Shown: positions 27,645 to 37,939 of the stretch, in pieces
Position numbering within the stretch: position 1 is the first letter of the stretch
Layout: each line of letters starts with the position of its first letter
NCBI GenBank assembly: GCA_963783385.1
Contig: CAWANJ010000001.1
Coordinates: 64,001-128,000 of the forward strand
Direction: 5' to 3'
DNA: 64,000 nucleotides
Source: an uncultured Gemmatimonadales bacterium
GTDB lineage: Bacteria > Gemmatimonadota > Gemmatimonadetes > Palauibacterales > Palauibacteraceae
Position numbers and translations under genes: made by a program
The notes under the pieces: generated by a model
The model's database searches: none
What the model was told of the DNA's origin: nothing
Seen by the model: the letters and a program-made list of their open reading frames with translations, nothing else

Positions 27645-30600
27645 CTATTCCCGCTCCCGCACCCCGGCGGCCACGCCGACCGGGTCCTGCCCCAGCCAGT
27701 ACACGCCGTCCGGCTTCACCTGCCGGGGCCACACTTCGTCGAGGGTGTTCCCATCGTACAGGCGGCCGTTCTTCATCACGTAGCGGATGGAGTTCGTGTT
27801 GTGAATGTCCTCCAGGGGGTTCCGGTCCAGCACCTGCAGGTCGGCCAGCTTGCCGGGCTCGATCGAGCCGAGGTCCCCGTTCAGCCCCAGGTCGTCGGCC
27901 CCCATGATGGTGGCCACCCGCAGAGCCTGCATGGGCGTCATCCCGCCCGAGGCCACCATCCACAGCTCCCAATCGTAGCCGAGGCCATCGAGCTGGCCGT
28001 GACTTCCGATCCCGAGCCGTCCGCCGGCCTCCATGATCTTGCGGGCGTAGGTCGCGATGTGGGAGAACACGTGCTCGTCGTCCCGGAACCAGCCGCCCGG
28101 CCCGGGGCCCGTGCCCTGGCCCCGCCGACGCGTCTTGGAGTCCAGCTCCTGGTGCGGCGTGAAGTGCCGTAGCTTCGCGTCGTCGTGGGGGTTATGGCGC
28201 GTGTAGTAGTAGTTCTCCCCCCAGGGGCCGCCGTACGCGACGATGAGGGTGGGCGTATAGGCGCTCTTCGTGTGCGCCATGAGCTGGATCACGTCATCGT
28301 ACAGCGGGAAGATCGGCAGGGCGTGCTCGTGCCCCGGGTAGCCGTCCAGGACGTGCGTCATGTCCAGCTTGAGGTCCAGGCCACCCTCGGTGGTCGGCAG
28401 GAGGTGCTGCTCGCGCGCGGCCATGATGACCCACTGCCGCTGCTGCCGGTTCCCGGTCATGTACATCTTGATGTACCGGGTGTGGTAGTACTCGCTGTAG
28501 CGATCGAGGACGTCGCGCGCCTCGTCCAGGCTCGAGATCATCTCCGAGCTGAACACCCCGGGTCCGGTCGAGAAGATGCGCGGACCCAGCATGCGGCCGG
28601 CCTCCACCCGGTCCGCGTAGGTGAGGACGTCGGTGGTGGACGTCTGGGGGTCGCGGGTCGTCGTCACCCCGTACGCCAGGTTGGCCATGTACTTGGGGAC
28701 CTGCGTCTTGTGGAGACCCCACACCGGCCACGGATGGGCGTGGGTATCGACGTAGCCCGGGATGATGGTCTCTCCGGAGACGTCCATGATGTTCGCGCCC
28801 TCGGGAATCGTGACCTGCCCGCGGGCCCCCACGCCCTCGATGCGAGCGTCCCGGATGACCAGGTCCGCGTTCTCGATGACCTGGTCGCCCTTCATGGTCA
28901 CGACCCGGGCGCCCCGGAGGACCAGCGTGCCACGGGGAATGTCGCGTGGGGCCCGAACGACGACCCGCTTCTCGACGGGCCGGTAGGCGGGCTCCTCCTT
29001 CTCGTCCTTGCCCTCCTCCTCGGTCGCTTCGGGCTCCGTGGCCTCCGCTCCGGCGCCCTTGTCTTCGCCGGCTTCCTCCTCGCCCTTCTCGGCCGCCTTC
29101 TCCCGGGCCTCGGCCCGCTTCGCCGCCTTCACGCTGTCCTCGGCCGCGCGCGCGGCCACGAGATCGTAGGCGAAGTGAGCGTTCCCGATGGACCAGTGGA
29201 CGGTACCGCCGTCCGCGCCCCAGGCGATGAACTGGCCGCCCACGTCCGTGAGCTTCTTCACGGGCACGGCCGCCTTGTCGGGGGTCCCCACCGAGACCGT
29301 GGGGGTCTCCCCGCCGACGAAGGGCACGGTGACCACGTACACCTGGTGGTTGACGTGGGCGAGGGCGCGCTGCTCGTCCGGGCCCATGTAGACCTCGTCG
29401 GCCCGCAGCGGCTGGCGCGACCCGGGCGGGGTGGCGCCCGTGACCTTCAGATAGCTGCGCGAATCGGTCCCGTCCCAGCGGATGGAGACGAGACCGTCCC
29501 GGACGCTGTACAGAAAGATCCGGTCCGGCTCGGCCCGGGTGAAGTGCGGGTTTCCGCGACCCTCGGTGGGAGCGATCACGGTCGCCGTGCCCCCCGACGC
29601 CGGGACCCACACCAGGTCCTCGCGCGCGCCGGGCTCGAACGGTCCCTGGTGCTCGAAGTAGGTGCGGGCCGGCCCGCGCACGGCCACGATCCGCTCCCCG
29701 TCCGGGGACCAGGCCGGCTCCTGGTAGAGCGCGTCCATCGTGGTCAGCCGCTGCGGGCGGCCGCTCCCGTCTGAGCGTATCCGGTACAGGTCCCCGCCGG
29801 CGCTGTCCGACCACGTGGCGTAGGCGATCCAGCCGCCGTCCGGCGACCAGGTCGGCTCGGCCTCAATGAGGTCCTCCGACGACGTGAGCCGCTTCGGCTG
29901 CCCATCGGGCCAGTCCATCACGTAGAGTCGGTCGAGCGCCGTGAACGCCAGCCGCGTCCCGTCGGGCGAGGGTACGGCGTCCCGGATCTGGCGCACCACG
30001 AAAGTGGCCGAATCGGGGATCGGGTACTCGAAGTCGAGCCTCGGTCCGAGCGGCACGTCGGTGTGGACGGTGAACGGGATCTCGGAGGGCGCCGACCCGT
30101 CGACGGGAACCCGCCAGATCTTCCCGCCGTAGGTGACCACCAGGGCCTTCGAGTCCGGCGTGAAGGACATGCCCGGATAGACGTCACGGCTGGCGCTCGA
30201 CTCCTGGTCGTCGCGCTGCACCGGGTAGGCGAGCCACTTCTCCTGCCCGGTGGCCAGGTCACGGATCCGAAGGCCGGTCTGCGCGTCGTGACGCGTGCCG
30301 TACACCAGCCAGCGACCATCCGGGGAGAGGGTGGGTCGGAACGCCGAGCCGTAGCGGTCCGTGCGCGTGAAGGTCTCGCCGGTCTTCCGATCGTACTCGA
30401 CCAGCTCGTACTGCGGGAAGATGGCGTTGTATTGCCAGGTGCCCTCGCGCTGCGCGAACCAGATGTAGCGAGGGTCCTTCCCGAAGGCGGCGCCCGTGAG
30501 CCGGAGGCCGCGCGATCGGCCACCGCCCGATCCCTCCGGGTCCTTGACCAGCTGGATGCCGGTGCCACCCTCCACGTGGTACATCCACGGCTTGGCGGGT

Positions 30601-31145
30601 GCGAAGCCGTTCTGCTTGGAGGCGACCAGGTAGTGTCCGTCCGGCGTCCACTCCGGGGACTGGTAGAGGTCGTGCTTCCCCTTCGTCACCTGCACCGTGT
30701 CCCTCCCGTCCACCGACACGATCCAGAGGTTCTCCGAGCCACTCCGGTCCGACACGAAGGCCACCCGCTTCCCATCGGGGCTGAAGCGCGGCTGCCCGTC
30801 GAACGCCTGGCCGGTGGTGAGGGGCGTGGCCTCGCCCCCGTCGATCGGTAGGACGTAGAGGTCACCCAGGTAGTCGAACACGATCCGGCGGCCGTCGGGG
30901 TTCACGTCCAGTGACATCCACGAGCCCTCCGACTCGGTCAGCCGCAGCGTGTCCGCGGTCTGCAGAGGCAGCGGCTTCCCGGACGCCCGGTCCTTCGTCC
31001 CCTTCCCGGGCGTGGTGTCGGGTGCGCTAGCCGCCCGGCGCGCGGCTTCGGCCACCGCCGTCGCCGCCCGGGCGGAGGAGGGGGCCCGCAGCCAGCCCGC
31101 GAGCGCGACGAGGAAGAGGGACGGAAGAAGCCTGGCGAGGCGCAT
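27645..31145 (-). CDS. Secreted amidohydrolase with N-terminal TolB-like (PD40) beta-propellers
   Basis: Signal peptide, EGSWMSLDV.PDG, multiple SPDG repeats, PGYVDTHAH, GVTTTRDP, GSHGQ and GSIEPGKLAD. Confidence 0.92.
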   Translation of the reverse strand: MRLARLLPSLFLVALAGWLRAPSSARAATAVAEAARRAASAPDTTPGKGTKDRASGKPLPLQTADTLRLTESEGSWMSLDVNPDGRRIVFDYLGDLYVLPIDGGEATPLTTGQAFDGQPRFSPDGKRVAFVSDRSGSENLWIVSVDGRDTVQVTKGKHDLYQSPEWTPDGHYLVASKQNGFAPAKPWMYHVEGGTGIQLVKDPEGSGGGRSRGLRLTGAAFGKDPRYIWFAQREGTWQYNAIFPQYELVEYDRKTGETFTRTDRYGSAFRPTLSPDGRWLVYGTRHDAQTGLRIRDLATGQEKWLAYPVQRDDQESSASRDVYPGMSFTPDSKALVVTYGGKIWRVPVDGSAPSEIPFTVHTDVPLGPRLDFEYPIPDSATFVVRQIRDAVPSPDGTRLAFTALDRLYVMDWPDGQPKRLTSSEDLIEAEPTWSPDGGWIAYATWSDSAGGDLYRIRSDGSGRPQRLTTMDALYQEPAWSPDGERIVAVRGPARTYFEHQGPFEPGAREDLVWVPASGGTATVIAPTEGRGNPHFTRAEPDRIFLYSVRDGLVSIRWDGTDSRSYLKVTGATPPGSRQPLRADEVYMGPDEQRALAHVNHQVYVVTVPFVGGETPTVSVGTPDKAAVPVKKLTDVGGQFIAWGADGGTVHWSIGNAHFAYDLVAARAAEDSVKAAKRAEAREKAAEKGEEEAGEDKGAGAEATEPEATEEEGKDEKEEPAYRPVEKRVVVRAPRDIPRGTLVLRGARVVTMKGDQVIENADLVIRDARIEGVGARGQVTIPEGANIMDVSGETIIPGYVDTHAHPWPVWGLHKTQVPKYMANLAYGVTTTRDPQTSTTDVLTYADRVEAGRMLGPRIFSTGPGVFSSEMISSLDEARDVLDRYSEYYHTRYIKMYMTGNRQQRQWVIMAAREQHLLPTTEGGLDLKLDMTHVLDGYPGHEHALPIFPLYDDVIQLMAHTKSAYTPTLIVAYGGPWGENYYYTRHNPHDDAKLRHFTPHQELDSKTRRRGQGTGPGPGGWFRDDEHVFSHIATYARKIMEAGGRLGIGSHGQLDGLGYDWELWMVASGGMTPMQALRVATIMGADDLGLNGDLGSIEPGKLADLQVLDRNPLEDIHNTNSIRYVMKNGRLYDGNTLDEVWPRQVKPDGVYWLGQDPVGVAAGVRERE

Positions 31146-31307
31146 ATGGGGTCGCTCCGGTCTCGGGTCATCATGGAGGGTGACCTGCGGCCGGCTGGCC
31201 CGCAGGGGGCCGACCGGGCGGCGCGCCGGGGCGACCGGCGCCGCGTGGCCGGGCAAGATGGTGGAGAGGGCCCGACACGTCCAGCCCACTCCGGGGCGAG
31301 GTCCGGC

Positions 31308-31791
31308 TCAGCCCTCGCCGGCCAGGAGGGACGGCGTCACGAACCAGGTCAGGCGCCAGCGACGACCGTCGTCCGCGCTCACCAGCCGCAGCACGGCGCC
31401 GGTCGGCACCTCGACGACTTCGGCGTTCTCGTCACCGGTGAGCAGGAGTGACACCAGCCGCTCCACGTGCGGGAGGTGGCCGACCAGGAGGAGCGGGCCA
31501 TCGGACTCGTGCTCCCTCACGGCGTCACGAACGTCGGACGGATCCGCCAGGGGCGACAGGTCGGAGCGCTCCGTCAGAATGCGACACGCCCCCGATCGCC
31601 CCGGCCAGGAGGTCGGCGGTCTCGCGGGCCCGAAGCTTGGGGGAGTGCCACACCTCGGGGATCCGCGCGCCCGCGGCCGCCATGGCCGTCCCCACGCGCC
31701 GGGCGTCGTCACGCCCCGCCTCCGTGAGGGGACGATCTCCTCCACGACTCTCGTCGGCCGCCCGGGCGTGCCGGGCCACGTACAGCTCCAT
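31308..31791 (-). CDS. sixA: Phosphohistidine phosphatase SixA (frameshifted in this sequence)
   Basis: LYVARHA...RPLT..G...HSPKLRARETA in one frame continues as LLLVGHLP in another. Shift at the G5 run 31589-31593. Strong RBS. Confidence 0.8.
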
Positions 31792-31909
31792 CGTCCTCTC
31801 CTCCCCTTGTATCTCTGCTTCAGTGCGCTACAAATGGAGAGGGGGCGGCAGCTCGAAATCCCCTGGGTCCTCGAGACCGTGACTGAGCATGAGCGTCGCT
31901 CCCTCCTGC

Positions 31910-33883
31910 TCAGGCCGCCGCGCCCGCGGACAGCCGGCGCTTCATCCACTCGATCTGGCCGCCCTGGCGGAGGATCTCGATCTGCCGCTCCGACAGGTCG
32001 TGCCGGGCCGCGTAGCTCTCGTCCTTCGTGACGTTCCTCACCTCGACCTCCGCCCCCGCGCCCAGGACCTCGTCCAGGCCCTCGACCCGCAGGACGTCGC
32101 CCTGCTCGATCCTGTCGTAATCGTCCGGGTTCTCGAAGGTGAGCGGGAGGACCCCGAAATTGACCAGGTTCTGCCAGTGGATGCGGGCGAACCCCCTGGC
32201 CAGCACCATCCGCAGCCCCAGGTAGCGCGGCGCCAGCGCGGCATGCTCGCGGCTCGATCCCTGCCCGTAGTTGGAGCCGCCGACCACGGCATGCCCCCCC
32301 TCGTCGCGGGTGTCCATGGCCTTCCGGTAGTAGTCCGGATCGACCACGTCGAAAGCGAACTTCGCGATCTCGGGAATGTTACTCCGGTAGGGCAGCACCT
32401 CGGCCCCCGCCCGCAGGATCTCGTCGGTCGAGATGTTGTCGGCGGCCTTGAAGATCACCGGCACCTCGAGGACGTCGGGCAGCCCTTCCAGCTCGGGCAG
32501 CGACACGATGTTCGGGCCCTTCCGCAGCGACACCTTCCTGGACGCCTCGGGGGGCGGCGGCGCCTGGAGCGACTCGGTGTTGAGAATGGGCTCCCGCGGA
32601 TCCGACACCCGCGGATAGGCGAGACCGAGCTCCTCCTCGAGCGTGCGCGGATCCGTGATCACGCCCATGAGCGCCGAAGCGGCGGCCGTTTCCGGGCTCA
32701 CCAGGAAGACCCTGTCGTCCTTGGTGCCCGAGCGATCCGGGAAGTTCCGGGGCACCGTCCGCAGGCTGCGCGTGTTCGTGGCCGGCGCCTGCCCCATGCC
32801 GATGCAGCCGTTGCACCCGGCCTGGTGGATGCGGGCCCCGGCGTGGATCAGCGAGAGGAGATGTCCGTCCCGGTCCAGGTTCTCGAGGATCTGGCGGGAG
32901 GTCGGGTTCACGTCGAACGACACGTCCAAGTGCACCTGCCGGCCCTTCACGATCTCGGCGGCCACGGCGAAGTCCCGGTAGCCGGGGTTGGCCGAGGAGC
33001 CGATGTAGGCCTGCGAGATCTCCCGGCCGGCCAGCTCGGACACCGGGACGACGTTACCCGGACTGGAGGGCTTCGCGATCAGCGGCACGAGCTCCGAGAG
33101 GTCGATCGCCTCGTCCACGTCGTAGCCGGCGTCTTCGTCGGCGACCAGCTCGGTCCAGTCCTCCTCCCGGCCCTGCGAGGCCAGGAAACGGCGCACCTCG
33201 TCGTCGGAGGGAAACACCGTGGTCGTGGCCCCGAGCTCCGTGCCCATGTTGGCGATGACGTGCCGGTCCATGGCGGACAGGGACGCGAGGCCGGGGCCGT
33301 AGTACTCGAGGATGCGGCCCACGCCGCCGTCCACGTCGTGCCGGCGCAGCATCTCGAGGATGACGTCCTTGGCGCTCACCCAGTCCGGGAGCTGGCCGGT
33401 CAGCCGAACGCCCCAGATCTCGGGCATCTTCACGTAGTACGGCTCGCCCGCGATGGCCATGGCCACGTCCAGGCCGCCGGAGCCGATGGCCAGCATGCCG
33501 ATGGCGCCGGCGGCCGGCGTGTGGCTGTCCGAGCCCACCATCGTCTTGCCGGGCACGCCGAAGCGCTCCTGGTGCACCGGGTGGCTCACGCCGTTTCCGG
33601 GGCGGCTGTACCACAGCCCGAACTTCCGGCAGGCGCTCTGCAGGAAGAGGTGGTCGTCGGGGTTCTTGAAGTCCTCCTGGATCAGGTTGTGGTCCACGTA
33701 CTGGGCGGAGACCTCGGTCCGGGCGCGCTCGAGGCCCATGGCCTCGAGCTCGAGCATGACCAGCGTGCCCGTGGCGTCCTGGGTGAGGGTCTGGTCGATC
33801 CGGAGGCCGATCTCCTCGCCGGGCGCCATCTTTCCCTCGAGGAGGTGCGACTCGATCAGCTTGTGCGCGACGTTCAGCCCCAC
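31910..33883 (-). CDS. Aconitate hydratase (657 aa type)
   Basis: QDATG, DHN, GSDSHT, AGCNGCIGMG, RNF, DNISTD and NYGQGSSREHAAL. The usual GSC motif reads GSS here. Confidence 0.92.
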   Translation of the reverse strand: MGLNVAHKLIESHLLEGKMAPGEEIGLRIDQTLTQDATGTLVMLELEAMGLERARTEVSAQYVDHNLIQEDFKNPDDHLFLQSACRKFGLWYSRPGNGVSHPVHQERFGVPGKTMVGSDSHTPAAGAIGMLAIGSGGLDVAMAIAGEPYYVKMPEIWGVRLTGQLPDWVSAKDVILEMLRRHDVDGGVGRILEYYGPGLASLSAMDRHVIANMGTELGATTTVFPSDDEVRRFLASQGREEDWTELVADEDAGYDVDEAIDLSELVPLIAKPSSPGNVVPVSELAGREISQAYIGSSANPGYRDFAVAAEIVKGRQVHLDVSFDVNPTSRQILENLDRDGHLLSLIHAGARIHQAGCNGCIGMGQAPATNTRSLRTVPRNFPDRSGTKDDRVFLVSPETAAASALMGVITDPRTLEEELGLAYPRVSDPREPILNTESLQAPPPPEASRKVSLRKGPNIVSLPELEGLPDVLEVPVIFKAADNISTDEILRAGAEVLPYRSNIPEIAKFAFDVVDPDYYRKAMDTRDEGGHAVVGGSNYGQGSSREHAALAPRYLGLRMVLARGFARIHWQNLVNFGVLPLTFENPDDYDRIEQGDVLRVEGLDEVLGAGAEVEVRNVTKDESYAARHDLSERQIEILRQGGQIEWMKRRLSAGAAA

Positions 33884-33972
33884 GGCCGTCTCCCCGTCGA
33901 TGCCCTCGTTCCGGCTGCGGCCCGACGTCCGGTGCGGACGCAGGCCGCAGCGCTCCTGCCGGGGTCATCTCC

Positions 33973-33988
33973 GGCAAGGGCCATACCG
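33973..33988 (-). promoter_or_regulatory. Candidate sigma54 promoter upstream of aconitase
   Basis: Minus strand CGGTATG-GCCC-TTGCC, 90 bp before the start. Confidence 0.55.
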
Positions 33989-34025
33989 ACGGCGTGGACG
34001 GCGGACGGACCCGGTGGACCGTGGC

Positions 34026-36168
34026 TCAGCGCCGGCCGCCCGTGGCGGTCGTGTCGGACGCCGCCTGCTCCGGGCTCTCCACGGGGAGACGGTCGGGCGC
34101 CGACCAGTGACGCTGGCCGCGCACCCAGCGCTGGAACCAGCGCAGCTCCTCCACGATCCGGGTGCGCTGGTGGTGGGGCTCCCGGAAGCCGTGCGGCTCG
34201 CGCGGCATGCGCAGGAAGCGGTCGGGGACGCCGAAGTGACGCAAGGCGGCGTGGAAGTTCATGGATTGCATGGGAGTGTCCGTGCGGTCCCGGTCGCCGT
34301 GGAACAGAAGGGTGGGCGTCTTGACGTTCTCCATGTGCCAGTAGCTGGAGCGCTCCCGCCAGAAGGCGCCGTTGGACCACGGATCCCCGCCCAGGTACCA
34401 GCGCGCCACGTCGAAGTGGAAGCCCGGGCCGTACTCGGCCGGCCAGTCGGTGACCATGGCCCCCAGGCTGGCGGCCTTGAATCGGGTAGTGCGGGTCAGC
34501 GTCCACCCTCCCAGGATGCCTCCGTAGCTCCAGCCCTTGATGGCCAGGGAGTCGGGATGCGCCACCCCCTGGCGCACCATCGCATCCACGCCGCTCATCA
34601 GGTCCTCGTAATCCCCGCCCCCGATGTCGCGCATGTTGCCGCGCAGCCAGGCATCTCCATAGCCCGACGACCCCCGCACGTTGGGCTGGAGCACGACATA
34701 GCCGTGCGCGGCCAGCACCTGCGCGTCGGCGTCGAATCCGCGCGTAAAGCTCCCGGCGGGCCCTCCGTGCACCTCGAGCACGAGCGCTCCGGGCGCCTTC
34801 CAGCCGGACTCCTCCGGCGGCCTGTACAGGAGACCTTCGCACGTCCTGGCCGTCCGAGCTCTTCCAGCGGACCACACGGGGGCTGGCCAGGTCCTTCCCC
34901 TCGACCTCCACGTTGGAGCGGGTCAGACGCTGCGGCCGGAAGGGTCGGGTCGTGGCCACGTACACGTCCCCCGGCACCGCGGGCGTGCTGAGCTCGTAGG
35001 CCACCCGGCCGTGGTCACGCGACCAGGTCGGCGCCCCCACCACCCCCTCCAGCCGGCTCACCTGCCGGACCCGGCCCGAACGGGGGTCCAGGCGATACAG
35101 GTCGGCCGTCGTCCGGACCTGCGCGGAGAAGTCGATCGTCCCGTCGGGCGCCCAGGCGTAGTCCCCGATCGCGCCGGCGAAGTCCGGGGCGAGCTGCCGC
35201 ACCGAGTTCGTGGCCAGCTGCAGGGCGTACAGGTTGCCCTGATCCAGCCTCCAGGTGGCCGTATCGGGTGCCAGCCACGTGAGGGTGCCCCCGTCCGGAG
35301 ACCAGCCCGGATCCGACTCGGGAGCCTGGTTGTGCGTGATCCGCCGGATCTCGCCGTCCCCGGCGTCCACGAGGGCGATCTCCGTCCGGTACGCGTCGTT
35401 CCGATGGTCCTCGGTCCGGTAGGTGAACGCCACGTGCCGGCCGTCGGGGGCGACGGCCATCGCGTCGATGATGCGGTGTCCCGTGGTCAGGGGATGCTCG
35501 GTCGCGGAGTCCGGGTCCGCCTCGATCCGCCACAGGTTGGACCAGCGTCCGCGTCGCTGTCCGTTCGGACCCCCGTCGACGGAGACCGCGTCGTAACCGG
35601 CCCGGACCGAATCCCGGGCCGTACGGGTCAGGCTGTCATCGGCCACGAAGTAGATCACGCGGGAGTCCGGACCCCAGGCGTACCGCTGGATCGAGGTGGC
35701 GTGCTGGGTGAGCTGGCGAGCCTCGCCGCCATCCGTACGGATGAGGAAGAGCTGCCGCCCGCCTTCGTCGCCCTCGTCGTCGCCGGAGTCGTCCTGATCC
35801 GTGCTGCGCAGAAACGCGATCCAGCGGCCGTCCGGCGACCAGCGCGGATCTCCGTCGCCCTCCTGCGACATGAACGGTCGAGGGTCGGTGCCGTCGGCCC
35901 GCACCATCCACAGGTAGCTGTCCCGTTCGTTGTCGTTCCAGCTCAGCGTCCGTCGGGTGTACAGCACCCGGGTCCCGTCCGGCGAGATGCGGGGATCGGT
36001 GACGCGGACGAGGTCGATGGCGTCATCGATCGTGAACAGGTCGCCCTCGACCGCGGCCGTGCTCCGGTCCGCGGATTGCTGCGCCGCGACCGGAGAGACC
36101 ATGAGCAGGACTGCGAGGGCCAGGATGGGACCCGGCAGCGCCGGGGCCCGCAAGGTGGGTCGGATCAT
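34026..36168 (-). CDS. Secreted S9 family peptidase (one frameshift near 34840)
   Basis: Signal peptide and PD40 propeller in one frame; VHGGP, GWSYGG, DRT and PHG catalytic domain in another. GGAG RBS at ATG 36168. Confidence 0.88.
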
Positions 36169-36321
36169 GGAGGCTCCGTGAGCATCGGGTGCCCGGTGCG
36201 TTCGGGCCCCGGCGTGGAGCCGGGGTGGCTGCAGGATAGGAATCGAGACGGGCCGCTCGCAACCGGCTCCCCGCAGCGTGCGGGGACGCCGTCCACGGCA
36301 CCGGACCGGGGAGCGGCACGA

Positions 36322-36337
36322 CGGCCCGCAGCTTGCC
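36322..36337 (+). promoter_or_regulatory. Candidate sigma54 promoter upstream of bactofilin
   Basis: CGGCCCG-CAGC-TTGCC, 92 bp before the ATG. Confidence 0.4.
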
Positions 36338-36428
36338 GGGGCATCGGGAGACGACGTAACCTTTCGAGGTCCCGCGCCCGTCGCCCCCGCAGGTCGAGAC
36401 GCCGTAGGACGAACTTCAAGAGGAGCCC

Positions 36429-36968
36429 ATGACACCTGTATTCGAGGGACTGTCGCGGAAGGGAGCCGACTCTCCGTCCGCCCCGGAATCACGCCCCACC
36501 TCGGCCACGCCCAGCGTGATCGGGGGCGGGATGGAGCTCGAGGGCCAGCTCACGGCGCGGGGCGACCTGCGCATCGAAGGCCGAGTGAAAGGGTCCATCC
36601 GGACCCAGGGCGAGGTCGTCGTGGCCCGGGAAGGCGTCGTCGACGGGGACATCGAGGCGGCGGAAGTCCACGTCGGGGGCCGGGTGAGCGGCACCGTGAT
36701 CGCGACGGGAGCGGCTCGCTTCATGGAGGGCTGCCGGGTGGACGCGGAGATCCGCGCCCCGGTGGTTTCCATCGAGGAGGGAGGCACCGTCAACGGCCGC
36801 CTGGTGATGGAGACTCGCTCCTCGGGTGGGTCCTCGTCGGGATCCTCCGCGGGCGGTCCCGGCGGCGCTTCGTCGAAGTCGGGTTCGGGATCGGAGAAGT
36901 CATCGCCGGGCGGCGGCTCCTCCGAGAGCGGTGCGTCGGGCAAGTCCGGAGGCGGCAAGTCGAGCTGA
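36429..36968 (+). CDS. Bactofilin (polymer-forming cytoskeletal protein) with Ser/Gly-rich tail
   Basis: SVIG..MELEG.L...GDLRIEGRVKGSI...V.G.I.A..V.V.G.V.G...IEEGG.VNG pattern. GAGGAG RBS. Confidence 0.92.
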   Translation: MTPVFEGLSRKGADSPSAPESRPTSATPSVIGGGMELEGQLTARGDLRIEGRVKGSIRTQGEVVVAREGVVDGDIEAAEVHVGGRVSGTVIATGAARFMEGCRVDAEIRAPVVSIEEGGTVNGRLVMETRSSGGSSSGSSAGGPGGASSKSGSGSEKSSPGGGSSESGASGKSGGGKSS

Positions 36969-37164
36969 TCGGCGAGCGGGCTTCGGGGCCGGCCTCCCAG
37001 CCGCCACCCCACCCCTCCTCACACCCCCACCACGCACGGCGGCCGGACGGCGGACCCTCGAGGGTCCCGTCGCCCGGCCGCTCTGTCGTTGCCCCGCCTG
37101 CCCGTCCGGGCCCGCAGGATCCGACGGTCGGATCCGGCGGGCCCGGCTTCGGGGTCCCGGTGCC

Positions 37165-37803
37165 CTAGGGGAAGTGGACCTGGATTCCGCCCCACAGCGG
37201 CAGGGTCCAGGAGCTGCTCGTCCCCAGGGGCTGGAGATCGGGGCTCCCGTTCACACGCTGGAACAGGTCGTCGCCCTTGGTGAACGCGAGGTTGAGCTGC
37301 ACCCCGCCGAACAGGTCGACCTGGGGACTGACCGGAAAGAGCAGCCGGGCCCCGCCCGTCAGACTCAAGTAGGTGTGGGACGGCCCCGACCCCGAGAAAT
37401 CGAGGGTGGTGGCGCCCAGGCCCCCGTTGACGGTGAACTTCACGTTCCCCGACACGGGCGGAGCCAGGTTCGTCTGGAGCCCCACCGTATAGTGCCACAG
37501 GTTGAGGCTGCGGAAGTCCTGCGCGGCCGGGATCGAGCTCCCGTTCAGGGCCTCCAGGCCCCAGTCACCCCGGACCGCGAATCGCGGGCTGAACCAGTAG
37601 GCGCCCCCGAGGTTGGCCGCCAGGCCGATGTCCTCCAGCTTGCCGATCCCGCCGAACGGGACCGCCAGACCCAGCCGGCCGTCCACTTCGAAGCTGGGTT
37701 CGAAAGGGCTCTGCGCGCGGACCGGGGTGGCCCCCGCCGCCAGCAGGACGATCGCGCCGAAGGCGGCCGTCCATCCCCCCATCACACGAGCCTTCTTCAT
37801 GCA
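37165..37803 (-). CDS. Outer-membrane beta-barrel protein (8-stranded OmpA-like)
   Basis: GGAGGAGG RBS, signal peptide (VRA-Q), alternating amphipathic strands and C-terminal IQVHFP. Confidence 0.8.
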   Translation of the reverse strand, partial: CMKKARVMGGWTAAFGAIVLLAAGATPVRAQSPFEPSFEVDGRLGLAVPFGGIGKLEDIGLAANLGGAYWFSPRFAVRGDWGLEALNGSSIPAAQDFRSLNLWHYTVGLQTNLAPPVSGNVKFTVNGGLGATTLDFSGSGPSHTYLSLTGGARLLFPVSPQVDLFGGVQLNLAFTKGDDLFQRVNGSPDLQPLGTSSSWTLPLWGGIQVHFP

Positions 37804-37864
37804 TCCTCCTCCAAGGTCATGTCTCGCTCTCGTCTCGAGCGCCGGTCGCGCAGCGAGCGGGGCG

Positions 37865-37895
37865 ACGGATCCGTTCAATGGACGAACGGACCCGC
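37865..37895. other. Intergenic stem-loop between the two OMP paralogs
   Basis: Minus strand GCGGGTCCGTTC-gtccatt-GAACGGATCCGT, 12-bp stem with no U-tail. Confidence 0.45.
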
Positions 37896-37939
37896 CTCCG
37901 CGTCACGTGCCCGCGTCTCTCCTCGCCCACAAGATCCAC

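Noticed and set aside
31580-31600. Programmed frameshifting or phase variation in sixA and the other split genes
   Set aside because: No slippery heptamers or long repeats; scattered single-base indels are better explained by consensus error.
36810-36968. Ser/Gly repeat-like tail of bactofilin as a DNA repeat
   Set aside because: Protein-level low complexity with varied codons; disordered tails are normal for bactofilins.
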